A stretch of DNA of 40,000 nucleotides from Salmonella phage vB_SalM_SA002: the sequence record MN445183.1. One strand, written 5' to 3'. The translations under genes were made by a program, and so were the position numbers. The first letter of the stretch is position 1; every line of letters begins with the position of its first letter. Shown piece after piece: positions 17,673-27,262 of this stretch. Below the pieces are notes generated by a model. That model had not been told where the DNA came from. It saw nothing but the letters and a program-made list of their open reading frames with translations, and made no database searches.

Positions 17673-18083
17673 ATGCGTGCATATTTACCCAACCAATTTA
17701 TTATTGATCTTAATACCCTGGTCTGGACCAACCCGAATAACGTGATGGGGATCTTTTCCCCATCCGCGTTGTTTGAAGCCTATTGTCAGACATTATGGCA
17801 TTCAGTGGGTAAGGCTGATTATGACTACGGTCATCTGATGTCTTGGGTGGATGATGAGTTAGGCCCCAACGGGAACCCTAACAGCGAGGCAATGCCGTTG
17901 ATTGTAGACCCCAATTTTATCACGGCGATGCAGCAATCTGTTATTTCTGGTTTCATTAGCTTCGTGACACAAAACCGTGCGTACCTGGCCGGTGCGATAA
18001 TTCCGGAACTGTGTCGCGCTGGGGATATGATGTTTATTTCCCAGGATGATACATCAGGCGTCGTGAGACTCCAATACGTATGA
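17673..18083 (+). CDS. Hypothetical protein, 136 aa
   Basis: ORF. Confidence 0.75.
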   Translation: MRAYLPNQFIIDLNTLVWTNPNNVMGIFSPSALFEAYCQTLWHSVGKADYDYGHLMSWVDDELGPNGNPNSEAMPLIVDPNFITAMQQSVISGFISFVTQNRAYLAGAIIPELCRAGDMMFISQDDTSGVVRLQYV

Positions 18084-18090
18084 GGTAGTT

Positions 18091-18468
18091 ATGGACAGCC
18101 CATGTTTTATCCTGGACCTGAACCCCCACTGGCAGTTCCTTGACCAGAACTACATGCAATCCCCTGCCAGGTTAGTGGGTACCTTCCACAGCTACCTGGG
18201 TTTAGTGCTTGACATGTACAAAGCCATCACAAACGACACCAGCGAGGATGAAGTCTTAATTGATCACTACCTCAACGGGTCGTGTGTGCTGTTAACACCG
18301 GCTGATGAAGAAGCCACCCGCCAGGCTGTGTTACGCAGCCTTGACTTGGTCATCACATTGGCTGATGTGTGTGGTTCGGTCAACCCTGGTAAAATTGTAC
18401 AATGCCCGATTGATTATGTGTCTCGTACGGTATTGATTCAATTCGGAGGCGATCATGATCAAGCATGA
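18091..18468 (+). CDS. Hypothetical protein, 125 aa
   Basis: ORF. Confidence 0.75.
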   Translation: MDSPCFILDLNPHWQFLDQNYMQSPARLVGTFHSYLGLVLDMYKAITNDTSEDEVLIDHYLNGSCVLLTPADEEATRQAVLRSLDLVITLADVCGSVNPGKIVQCPIDYVSRTVLIQFGGDHDQA

Positions 18469-18883
18469 ATTAAACAACATCATTTTCACCCTAACACCGG
18501 ACATGCAAGATCTCTTGCACCGCACGGTAAAGTACCACCTCATCAGTGTTGGCAACATTGACATGAGTTTGTTAGTCTTTATGTCGTTAAACCAGCTGAC
18601 ATTAAATCAGTTAGTGGCTGCGAACATGAGTAAGAACATTGAGCGGTTATGTGCGGAGCAGTTACCTGAGTATTCGTACGAGCAGCATTTGCAGATTATT
18701 GCTACGTGTGAACAGATCGCTGCGATCTTGTACAAAGAATACCAAAACGCACTGGACATTGCCCGCATGCCACTTCCATCACGCATGGTGAACGCAACCT
18801 ACAGCTGTGGCGTCGTCACCATGTCGTTTGAGAGTATGGATGACCAATCATGCACATGGTCGTATACGACGTATCCCCAGTAG
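18455..18883 (+). CDS. Hypothetical protein, 142 aa
   Basis: Overlapping ORF in operon. Confidence 0.7.
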   Translation: MIKHELNNIIFTLTPDMQDLLHRTVKYHLISVGNIDMSLLVFMSLNQLTLNQLVAANMSKNIERLCAEQLPEYSYEQHLQIIATCEQIAAILYKEYQNALDIARMPLPSRMVNATYSCGVVTMSFESMDDQSCTWSYTTYPQ

Positions 18884-19275
18884 TGAACTCGCTTATGGGT
18901 GAGTTGACACAGATGCGAGATATGTGTATTACTTATGAAGACTTGATTGACTTCGCTTTGTTAAACCGTGAGCCGAAAGAATCGGGTTACGAAGATTACA
19001 TGGCTGATGTGCTGTGTGATTACAAAGGGGTGAACACAGAAGATCGTCATCTGGTTAAATCTGCCTACCATCGAATACGCAAATTGACCGACCTGTGGTT
19101 TCCCGCCTCAGTAGGTCGTTGGCTGTGTTGTGGTTTCGTAGGAACGTTGGGGTATTTTATACATGGTGCAGACGAAGAGCATTTAGAGATGAATGCGCAA
19201 CGCCTTGCAATAATCAACACAATCCGGTCTCATCGGGGTTTCTATGATTCAGCTATTACACACTCCGGCATTTGA
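18883..19275 (+). CDS. Hypothetical protein, about 130 aa
   Basis: Likely GTG start at 18883 overlapping the previous stop (or ATG 18895). Confidence 0.65.
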   Translation: MNSLMGELTQMRDMCITYEDLIDFALLNREPKESGYEDYMADVLCDYKGVNTEDRHLVKSAYHRIRKLTDLWFPASVGRWLCCGFVGTLGYFIHGADEEHLEMNAQRLAIINTIRSHRGFYDSAITHSGI

Positions 19276-19579
19276 TCGCGTGTTGGATGGCATTAGAGGG
19301 ATAGTTGCTACTGACGTTGATACACCCGCAGTGAGTCTGTGGGCAATCAACGATGCGGTGTATGAGCTGTTCAATAACTGCACCGACCGTGTGAATATCG
19401 TGGATGTCGATCCAGAACTAAATGGGTTATACCAGCCATTTTATGAAGCACTCAACGAACTGCTACTGCTGAACAACATCTCCCTTTTATCCGTAGCGAA
19501 TATCTTCGTAGACGGTCCGGAGCGTTGGACAGTGGTGCTGGTCCTGGACACACCACGAGGAATGCGTTATGGGTTATGA
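19244..19579 (+). CDS. Hypothetical protein, 111 aa
   Basis: ORF. Confidence 0.7.
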   Translation: MIQLLHTPAFDRVLDGIRGIVATDVDTPAVSLWAINDAVYELFNNCTDRVNIVDVDPELNGLYQPFYEALNELLLLNNISLLSVANIFVDGPERWTVVLVLDTPRGMRYGL

Positions 19580-19979
19580 ATTACTGGTCAAAGGTGCTAC
19601 CGTCGACTTCATCGTCGAGGCGCCTGAGATCCTTACCAGTGGCTTTACCAACACCATCATTAATGGGGTGATCGACATGGATACGGCGCAGGCCCTTGGA
19701 CTCGATGTCCGAGCAAAGCATGAAGCCCTGTATCCGTTGATTAAAAACAAAGGGTACGCGGATGATCCTGCATCGTACGGTTATGTGCGCGTAACCAAAG
19801 AAAACGGATCAACCACGATCCTGGGGATTCCATGGATTAAAGAAAGTTCGATCATTGCGAAACAACGTAACCGCATCACGGTAGATATTCCGGACGTGGG
19901 AACGAATGACATTGCAATCGTGAAAGCTGCACTGGAGTCCAACGGGTATCCGAATGCGGTTGTGAAGCTGGTTGACTAA
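19569..19979 (+). CDS. Hypothetical protein, 136 aa
   Basis: ORF followed by terminator. Confidence 0.75.
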   Translation: MGYELLVKGATVDFIVEAPEILTSGFTNTIINGVIDMDTAQALGLDVRAKHEALYPLIKNKGYADDPASYGYVRVTKENGSTTILGIPWIKESSIIAKQRNRITVDIPDVGTNDIAIVKAALESNGYPNAVVKLVD

Positions 19980-19981
19980 CG

Positions 19982-20016
19982 CCATGGGGGCTTCGGCTCC
20001 CATGGTTGTTTTATGC
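19982..20016 (+). terminator. CCATGGGGGC-TTCG-GCTCCCATGG hairpin (TTCG tetraloop) then TTTATGC
   Basis: 10-bp stem, one wobble. Confidence 0.85.
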
Positions 20017-20083
20017 TCCCTATTTATTTTTTGACATAACGGAGCTATTCAATAGAGACCATTTACAGCCGTAAGGATATTCC

Positions 20084-22195
20084 ATGGAATTGTTCGTTAA
20101 TCCGGCGAGCTCGTATAAGCGAGATTTACGCATTCACCATCACTACTGCGAGAATAAAGCAAAGTCATTGTCGCTGACGTTTGGTGAACCGATGGAAAAG
20201 ACGTTGGAGTTCGTACGTCGTGTTACTGCACCTGGGGCAAAACACGGGGTAGTGGATCCACGTGTTCGTATTTTAATCCGAGGTAAGAACGGTGACCGTG
20301 AACTTAAGTTTACCACCTTTAACAGGTTCTTATCTGCGGTTGATAAACGCAAAGCAATACTGAGTCCGTCATTAACCGCGTACTTACACCCCAGTGAAAA
20401 AGTTTCACAGTACGCCGTGTCTACTGATAACAACATCAAGGCACGTAAAGTTATCAAGAAAGAAATGTTCGTTGCGGAGCAACGTGGCGATGTTACCACG
20501 GCAACGATTAAAGACATTATGCAGACCGGGCGTAAGCTCACCAACAACGGAATGTCTGGTGGCTTCTGCACAGCCTCTACGCCGTTCTATTGTCGTTCGG
20601 CACATAGTTCGCTAACGTCATGTTGTCGTTCGGCTACGTCGTCTACAAACGCGTTTAACGAGAAGTTCCTGGCAGGTAACCGACATTACCACTCGCCAGA
20701 GATCGTGATGGAAAACATTGCGTCGATTTGTCTACACTCGAACTACGAGTTAATCGACCAAGCCATGCGCGAGTTCAATCTGCAATACCCAACGGTTGAT
20801 CAGGTGATCGCATGCATCTATCGCGGGTCTCGTCGTTATTGGTCTGACCGTAAGTACATGGCGTTGATTCATCAGCAGGTCAGCAACATGACCGAAGGTG
20901 AACGTGCAGCATTTATGTTTACCAGTGATATGTACCATATGCGTTTGGTTAACCCAGACTTTGTGCGTCAGATGTTGGTGGACATTGCTGAGAAGACCAC
21001 GGTCGGCACGACCGAAGACGTCGCTTTAAAAGATGGCGATGCGCGTGTGCTAGCGACAATGAAATGTGCAGAAGACATCATCCGTGTTGGTACCAAGGAA
21101 TCTGAGAACTCAGAAGAGATCAAAGGCCTGGTTAAAGCCAACTATAAACTGTCCGTGCAGAACATTGAGAAATACCGCAGCTACGTGCGTGCATTCTTAG
21201 TCACACCGAACACACCTGCATCTATTGCCATGATGCCGCACCATGTGCGTGAAACGGTGTTAGCGTCAGATACTGACTCCTCAATCTTTACCGAACAGGA
21301 TTGGATTGACTGGATTCAGCCTGACTATCAATATCGTCAGGAGCGTATTCAGATCAACGCCGCGGTAACCTTCCTGGTGTCGCAGCAGGTCGTACACTTA
21401 CTGGCTATTGTGTCGGGTAACATCGGTGTTGCGGAAGAACATTTGTTCCGTCTGACGATGAAGAACGAATATTACTTCGAGACCTTCGTGTTAACCAATA
21501 TGGGTAAACACTATTTTGCCACCCAGACTGCGCGTGAGGGTAACTTCTATCCTAAGCCGAAGCTGGAACTCAAAGGTGTTCACTTACGTAACTCGAACGT
21601 ACCGAAAGAAATTCGTGATCGTGGTAATATGATCATCAATGAAATCCTGGACAAGTCCAATGCCAATGAACAGTTCTCAGTTGTGGATCTGTTGAAGCGC
21701 GTGGGTGATATTGAACGTTTCATTATTAACTCCATCAAGAACGGTGAACCGGTGTTCTTAGCGAAAGCCACCATCAAAGATAAAGATGCGTATGCAAAAC
21801 CGCTGAGCAACAACTATTATCATTACCTGATGTGGGAAGAAGTCTTTGCACAAAAATACGGTCCGGCCCCGGCACTGCAATATCTTGGCCTGAAAGCAAA
21901 ATTAGGTCTGGAATCCATGACGGCGATTAACGATTGGTTGGATGAACTTGAAGACCAGGCGTTTGCCCAACGTATGCGTGACTTCTTAGCGAAGTACGGT
22001 AAGAACAAACTGTCTCAGGTAATCATGCCTGCTGATATTGTGATGACTCAGGGGTTACCAGAAGAGGTAATTCAGGGGATTAATATTCGTCAGCTGATTA
22101 TGGAAAACCTGGCGATGGTGTACTCTTGCCTTGAATCACTCGGTTTGTATTTTACTAACCCGAATGCAACTCGCTTAGTATCAGACGAACACTAA
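20084..22195 (+). CDS. Divergent family B DNA polymerase, C-terminal polymerase part
   Basis: Motif B-like RKLTNNGMSGGF, HSSLTSCCRSATSSTNAFNEKFLAGNRHY, and motif C VLASDTDSSIFT; no exonuclease motifs seen in this ORF. Confidence 0.8.
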   Translation: MELFVNPASSYKRDLRIHHHYCENKAKSLSLTFGEPMEKTLEFVRRVTAPGAKHGVVDPRVRILIRGKNGDRELKFTTFNRFLSAVDKRKAILSPSLTAYLHPSEKVSQYAVSTDNNIKARKVIKKEMFVAEQRGDVTTATIKDIMQTGRKLTNNGMSGGFCTASTPFYCRSAHSSLTSCCRSATSSTNAFNEKFLAGNRHYHSPEIVMENIASICLHSNYELIDQAMREFNLQYPTVDQVIACIYRGSRRYWSDRKYMALIHQQVSNMTEGERAAFMFTSDMYHMRLVNPDFVRQMLVDIAEKTTVGTTEDVALKDGDARVLATMKCAEDIIRVGTKESENSEEIKGLVKANYKLSVQNIEKYRSYVRAFLVTPNTPASIAMMPHHVRETVLASDTDSSIFTEQDWIDWIQPDYQYRQERIQINAAVTFLVSQQVVHLLAIVSGNIGVAEEHLFRLTMKNEYYFETFVLTNMGKHYFATQTAREGNFYPKPKLELKGVHLRNSNVPKEIRDRGNMIINEILDKSNANEQFSVVDLLKRVGDIERFIINSIKNGEPVFLAKATIKDKDAYAKPLSNNYYHYLMWEEVFAQKYGPAPALQYLGLKAKLGLESMTAINDWLDELEDQAFAQRMRDFLAKYGKNKLSQVIMPADIVMTQGLPEEVIQGINIRQLIMENLAMVYSCLESLGLYFTNPNATRLVSDEH

Positions 22196-22197
22196 CC

Positions 22198-22234
22198 GGC
22201 ATAAGGCTCTGGGTGGCATCAGCCACCCAGAGCC
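22198..22234. terminator. GGCATAAG + GGCTCTGGGTGGC-ATCA-GCCACCCAGAGCC between convergent genes
   Basis: 13-bp perfect stem. Confidence 0.9.
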
Positions 22235-22246
22235 GCCGTCTGATAA

Positions 22247-23365
22247 TTATTTCTTGTTCTTGTTCTTGATACGTGCACCGATGCTTGCCAGTTCGGCGTT
22301 TATGACCTTGCTGATTTTATCCGGCATGCCAGAGATGCGGAAGGTGTTGTCACTTTTAATGATCTGGAGATCCTTTTGGATTTGGTTGATCATTGTGCCT
22401 TCCAGCTGACCGCGGTTGAACGAGTATTCGATCTCCAACAGGAAATCAATAATCCAGGTTCGAGCCATGATCCACGCCCAACGGTTTTGACGCACGTCAA
22501 TATCAATGGGCAGCCGAATGGCTTCATAACCTGTGCGGGTTAACGTTGGCATATGCATCAGAATCGACTCCCAGTAACGCGGAGTTCGTTTCAGCTCTGG
22601 AACTAACCGTTTGATCACCTCATCAACCACAACTAAATCATCGAGTAGCCAGAATGGTTGACGAGGGTTCATGCTGTGGTCTTTAATCCCGCGATAGGCT
22701 TTGATGGTGCGGTTGATCATCGCAATGTCATTGTGCGACTTCACCATATTCTGAATGGGAAAACTCGCAACAAACTGCGCAATGGTCGGAACAACCTTAG
22801 GCTTCTCACGAGCAATCAACATATTGAACTGTAACCACTGGAGGGCCAGTACGGGCACGTTCACACTGATAACTGCAACACCATCACCACCCATGATTTG
22901 CCGTCTATCCAGCAGCCCATAGTTACTGGTATCGTACGGGTGTCGATGAACTTGAATAGGTTCTAAATCCATCCAAGGAATGATCTTAGCTTCTTCATAG
23001 GTTGAAGAGGTGGCTATGATGATTTCCATTACAGTCGTTGGATAGAAACACGATTTGTTAATCGTTCCGTAAGCCGTAGATGAAGTCATACCGACTGCGT
23101 TGGCTAAACGATAATCTCGTTGACGAACTTCGTCGTAGTATTTTCTTACATCTTGGACCGATAATTGTGTAAGGTTAGCCGGTAATTTGATGTTCTTCAA
23201 CAACCGCATAATCACATGGTTGTTCTGTACGTTGAACGTCAGTCGCCGAAAGTATTCTTGAGATCGTCCAAGGTTTACCAGGGAAATATCTCGCACGCGC
23301 TGGATGGTTTGGTTCATCATGTCGCCATGATTGAACTGCGCATCGGTGCTAAATAGAGTATGCAT
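22247..23365 (-). CDS. Hypothetical protein, 372 aa
   Basis: Long minus-strand ORF. Confidence 0.8.
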   Translation of the reverse strand: MHTLFSTDAQFNHGDMMNQTIQRVRDISLVNLGRSQEYFRRLTFNVQNNHVIMRLLKNIKLPANLTQLSVQDVRKYYDEVRQRDYRLANAVGMTSSTAYGTINKSCFYPTTVMEIIIATSSTYEEAKIIPWMDLEPIQVHRHPYDTSNYGLLDRRQIMGGDGVAVISVNVPVLALQWLQFNMLIAREKPKVVPTIAQFVASFPIQNMVKSHNDIAMINRTIKAYRGIKDHSMNPRQPFWLLDDLVVVDEVIKRLVPELKRTPRYWESILMHMPTLTRTGYEAIRLPIDIDVRQNRWAWIMARTWIIDFLLEIEYSFNRGQLEGTMINQIQKDLQIIKSDNTFRISGMPDKISKVINAELASIGARIKNKNKK

Positions 23366-23484
23366 ACAAACCTCGAATATAGCGATCTGTAATAAAAAAC
23401 ATAATGAGCTATAGTATGTGGAGAATGCAATCTCCCATCTAGGTTAACGCCTAGATGCCGCCTGGAGATGAATTCAAATTTTTT

Positions 23485-23511
23485 ACACCCCTATATTACC
23501 TAGGTGTAATT
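23485..23511 (+). promoter_or_regulatory. Early-promoter-like motif CTATATTAC-CTAG-GTG flanked by TTACACC/GGTGTAA inverted repeat
   Basis: CTAYATTAC-N4-GTG about 90 bp before the strongly biased 690-aa ORF. Confidence 0.65.
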
Positions 23512-23584
23512 ACCATGGTAATTTCAATCGCGATTGTTTAATCTAGCAGCAAAGAACTGCTACACATAAAAAGGAACAAGAAGT

Positions 23585-25657
23585 ATGAATACCCCAGAAA
23601 ACAAACAGCCGAATACTTCCATGGCCGATGCTCTGTCTCGTGCGACTGCCGAAGCCGCTAACAAGCAACAGCCACAACCGGGTGCTGCCCAGCCGCAGCA
23701 ACCTGTTCAACAACCCCAGCAACAAGCATATCAACCAGTAGGTGGACAAACCGTGCAACAGCCTCAGTTCCAACAACCACAGGGTTACGCAGCCCAGGCT
23801 CAGCCGCAGGGCAATCAGCAGGATCGTACTTCTAAGATCTTCGGTCTGAACAACCGTCGTGAACGTACCTTCTCTTCTCAGAACTATTCTGAGAACTTCA
23901 AGATCGCTCACGAAGCTGTCGAAGAGTTCTGCAAACCGTACGAAGAACAGGGTTATCGTAAAACCTTCTTCATTCTGCCGCTGCAAGAAACCAACCTGCA
24001 CTGCGCATCTCTGATCTACGTTCTGGCCGTAAGCAACACCACTTTCGGTGCGTTCACTTACATGCTGGAAAATACCGGTAGCCCGCTGAAACCGCTGGTT
24101 GGCAACGACCAGATGACCGGCGAACGTTACGAACTGCCGCGCATGACCGGTTCTCAGTACGACGATATCTACTGGCGTGCAGTGCAGGAAACCGTAACCC
24201 GTGTGCTGAAACTCAGCCCGCAGGCTCAGGTTCTGGATGCTGGCGCATCCGTCGTTCACTCCGAAATGGATTGGAAAGACACCAGCGCTATCGCGAAACT
24301 GCTGAACAACGCAGAAAACGCCGTGATGACCTACGCGAACCGTCTGACTGGTTACAGCATCGAAAAACCGCTGAACCTGGTTAACGAAATCAACCCGCTG
24401 GTCGATCGTCTGTCCGCAGGCTTCAACTTCAATCCGCAGCCGCTGTTCACTGCTGACGCGCAGCCTCTGCGTAACGATGTTGAAATCAAACTGACCGTAA
24501 CGTCTGAAGGCGATGTTCAGGTTCAGAACTCCGAACCGTTCACCACCGTCAACGGCTACGTTGAACTGGTATCTGCCGGTAACCAGCCGCAGATGATCCC
24601 GGGCCCTTGGGGTCAGCCGATGATGGCGCCGCAGCGTTACTACCCGCAGCTGGCTATCACCAACATCAGCTCCGGTATCTCTAACGCTGAAGGTCCTGAG
24701 TTCCAGGTACTCGGTCTGTACGTCGCAACACTGCTGCTGGAAAACAACAACTGGCAGAACGCGTTTGCTCCGCGTATGGTAAACGGCGTCGATATCAACG
24801 ATATCGGTGCGCTGAACTACGAACTGCGTATGGGTGTGGATCCAGCTGACCCGAACGCACGTCCGAAGAAAATCGATACCAAAACCCACGACTTCAACAA
24901 CCTGGCTCTCCAGCAGCTGTTGAATCAGGCTTGCTTCCCGAACATGTCGGTTGTTATCGACGTGGAAGAGACTGGTCTGCGTAACTGGGTGAACTCTATG
25001 TTCCTGCAAGCTGGCGGTCAGCCGGGTACCAACGCAACCAACCTGGGTAACGATGGTAAACTGGCACACGACGCGATCATCGCTGCATCGAACAACCTGA
25101 CCAACGGTGAATTCGCCAAGTTCTTCACTGACCCAACTCAGCTGATCACTATCCGTGACGGTTCTCGCATCCAGGGTGGTTACTACCTGTCTGATGCTGG
25201 CACTCGTCTGGATATCCGTAACGTTGACCTGCTGGCAGTGCTGAACTTCCTGGGTGAATCCGATCCGCGTAAAGTGGAAGAGTGGAAAATGATCTGCTCC
25301 TCTACTTCCGGTCTGTCCGGTCCGAAACGTATCGCACTGCGTCAGCAGTTCCTCCAGACTATCCTGGGTGCGTCCTACGTTCAGAAGTGCTACTACGAGC
25401 GCGTCATGATTTCCAGCGTATATCTGGATGCTCTGCGTAAAGCTATCACCTCTGCCGGCGTTCAGGTTCGTCCGGAAAACATGAACTCTCAGTACAACCA
25501 GATGTCTTACGGTGCGCCGCTGGCTGCGCAGTACGGTTTCAATACCAACATCGGTTCGTCTCTGGTTCAAGGCGGTTACGCTCAGTTCGATCAGCAGGGT
25601 CGTGTACAGTCCTTCGGGAACTACCGCACCACTTTCGGTCACTGGTCCGGTCAGTAA
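23585..25657 (+). CDS. chmA: Probable phage-nucleus shell protein (chimallin/ChmA-like); major capsid protein is the alternative
   Basis: Very strong codon bias, dedicated early-type promoter and terminator, Gln/Pro-rich N-terminal extension on a body of about 600 aa, and immediate adjacency to an RNAP beta'-like gene as in phiKZ gp54-gp55 (recalled). No database search was possible. Confidence 0.6.
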   Translation: MNTPENKQPNTSMADALSRATAEAANKQQPQPGAAQPQQPVQQPQQQAYQPVGGQTVQQPQFQQPQGYAAQAQPQGNQQDRTSKIFGLNNRRERTFSSQNYSENFKIAHEAVEEFCKPYEEQGYRKTFFILPLQETNLHCASLIYVLAVSNTTFGAFTYMLENTGSPLKPLVGNDQMTGERYELPRMTGSQYDDIYWRAVQETVTRVLKLSPQAQVLDAGASVVHSEMDWKDTSAIAKLLNNAENAVMTYANRLTGYSIEKPLNLVNEINPLVDRLSAGFNFNPQPLFTADAQPLRNDVEIKLTVTSEGDVQVQNSEPFTTVNGYVELVSAGNQPQMIPGPWGQPMMAPQRYYPQLAITNISSGISNAEGPEFQVLGLYVATLLLENNNWQNAFAPRMVNGVDINDIGALNYELRMGVDPADPNARPKKIDTKTHDFNNLALQQLLNQACFPNMSVVIDVEETGLRNWVNSMFLQAGGQPGTNATNLGNDGKLAHDAIIAASNNLTNGEFAKFFTDPTQLITIRDGSRIQGGYYLSDAGTRLDIRNVDLLAVLNFLGESDPRKVEEWKMICSSTSGLSGPKRIALRQQFLQTILGASYVQKCYYERVMISSVYLDALRKAITSAGVQVRPENMNSQYNQMSYGAPLAAQYGFNTNIGSSLVQGGYAQFDQQGRVQSFGNYRTTFGHWSGQ

Positions 25658-25683
25658 TCAGTAATCGGTTAGCATAAACCAAT

Positions 25684-25718
25684 AAAGAGGAGGGGTAACA
25701 CCCTCCTCTTTTTATGCC
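25684..25718 (+). terminator. AAAGAGGAGGG-GTAACA-CCCTCCTCTTT then TTTATGCC
   Basis: 11-bp perfect stem with T-run. Confidence 0.9.
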
Positions 25719-25756
25719 CTAACATTATTTTTTTACCTGTTGGAAGAGGATGGAAC

Positions 25757-27229
25757 ATGCAGCCAATAGCCACTGGCGGCGTATGCGCAACAGTAGCCGA
25801 TCATGACAAGGCATTTCTTCAATTGCCCTATCGTCCGGTGCTGATTAATGACTTCGACCTGAGTATTGAAGCAGAGCGTGCGAAACTGAATGCACAGATG
25901 CGTGTCAGTTACGATGCTGACATGTTCAGCGTAAAACCGCGTTGCTTCTGTGGGAAGTTAGAAGGGGGTGAAAAGGTAGGGCGGGTTTGTGGTAGTTGTG
26001 GTCATCCGGTAACGGTGGTAACGGAAGAAGCCATCGAATCCCATCTGTGGTTTCAAACACCATTAGGCGTGGCGGGATACATCAACCCACAAATGTGGAC
26101 ATTGCTGTTCGAACCGTTTACTGTAAAAGGTTTCAATCCGCTAGAGTATTTTGCCGATCGTCAGTATTCGCCGGCGAAAGGAAGCGGGGATTATAAGAAC
26201 AAAGAGATCTATCAGCTTTGTAAGTCCATGGGTTTCCAACGTGGAATCAATAGCCTGATTGAGAACTTTGACTCCATCATGGGAACGTTATTAAATTCGC
26301 CGGTGGTGCGAAGCAGTAACATCTCATCAGAAAATCTGAGAAACTACGCGGCGCTGTACCAACAGTATCGTGATGTGATCTTCTGTCAGTATCTGCAATT
26401 GCCGTCTAAGCTGGTTTTCATCGTAGAGTCCAATGCTACTGGGCGTTACGCTGAGCCCGGTATGAAGCTGGCACAGGATGCGGCGTTAACCGTATGCGAT
26501 GCACGTAAACAGATCGTCGATAAATACGACTTGAAGTTTAACGAAAACATTGCCATTAAGGTTGTGCGGCAGCTGGCCGATTTTTACAAGGCGCATGATA
26601 AAGATATCTTTGCCGGTAAGCCTGGTCTGATTCGTAAGAACATCGGTGGGTCACGCATGCCCTTTACGGCACGTTGTGTTATCACTTCAAAGACCGGCTA
26701 CCACGACATGGACGAAGTGGATATCCCACGTTGTATTGCTATTCCGCTGTTGCGTTTCCATATCGCGAACAAGCTGAAGGCACGGGGTTATCGTCCGCTG
26801 GATATCCTGAACATGATGACGTCGGCAGTGAAACGACCAGATCCGGTGATTGAATCGGTACTGGATGAGTTGGAATTGGAAGAAACAGCACCGGGTGTAT
26901 TGTCGCGCCTGATGAAGATCTTCCTGTTACGTAACCCAACGTTACGTTGGTTGTCTAACCGTCGTTTCTGGGCACGCATTAACCGTAACCCGGATGAGAT
27001 CACCATCAAGATCTCTACACTGTCAATTAATCCATCCAACGCCGATTACGATGGCGATGAATTGAACCTGCTGTTCGTAACGGATGAGGTCATGTCCACG
27101 TTCGCAGAAGCGTTTGGTTCGCATAACTGCGTACTGGATATGAATAACCCGATTACGGTATCAGGTGATATTGGGTTACCGGCTACATTGATTTCCACGA
27201 TTAACCGCTGGGCCTATAGCCACGATTAA
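25757..27229 (+). CDS. Phage multisubunit RNA polymerase beta'-like subunit, N-terminal fragment
   Basis: CFCGKLEGGEKVGRVCGSCG zinc-ribbon-like cluster and catalytic-loop motif NPSNADYDGDELNLL (compare NADFDGD). Confidence 0.85.
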   Translation: MQPIATGGVCATVADHDKAFLQLPYRPVLINDFDLSIEAERAKLNAQMRVSYDADMFSVKPRCFCGKLEGGEKVGRVCGSCGHPVTVVTEEAIESHLWFQTPLGVAGYINPQMWTLLFEPFTVKGFNPLEYFADRQYSPAKGSGDYKNKEIYQLCKSMGFQRGINSLIENFDSIMGTLLNSPVVRSSNISSENLRNYAALYQQYRDVIFCQYLQLPSKLVFIVESNATGRYAEPGMKLAQDAALTVCDARKQIVDKYDLKFNENIAIKVVRQLADFYKAHDKDIFAGKPGLIRKNIGGSRMPFTARCVITSKTGYHDMDEVDIPRCIAIPLLRFHIANKLKARGYRPLDILNMMTSAVKRPDPVIESVLDELELEETAPGVLSRLMKIFLLRNPTLRWLSNRRFWARINRNPDEITIKISTLSINPSNADYDGDELNLLFVTDEVMSTFAEAFGSHNCVLDMNNPITVSGDIGLPATLISTINRWAYSHD

Positions 27230-27233
27230 CATG

Positions 27234-27258
27234 AGGCGGGGCAACCCGCCTTTTATGC
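27234..27258 (+). terminator. AGGCGGG-GCAA-CCCGCCT then TTTATGC
   Basis: 7-bp stem with T-run after the stop. Confidence 0.75.
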
Positions 27259-27262
27259 GGAG

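Noticed and set aside
23543-25642. 699-aa ORF on the minus strand opposite the 690-aa plus-strand ORF
   Set aside because: Mirror ORF caused by strong codon bias of the real gene; low-complexity Cys/Val/Arg composition and no ribosome-binding context.
23585-25657. Call as major capsid protein
   Set aside because: Considered because of very high codon bias. Early-type promoter and adjacency to the RNAP beta' gene fit chimallin better. Kept as an alternative only.
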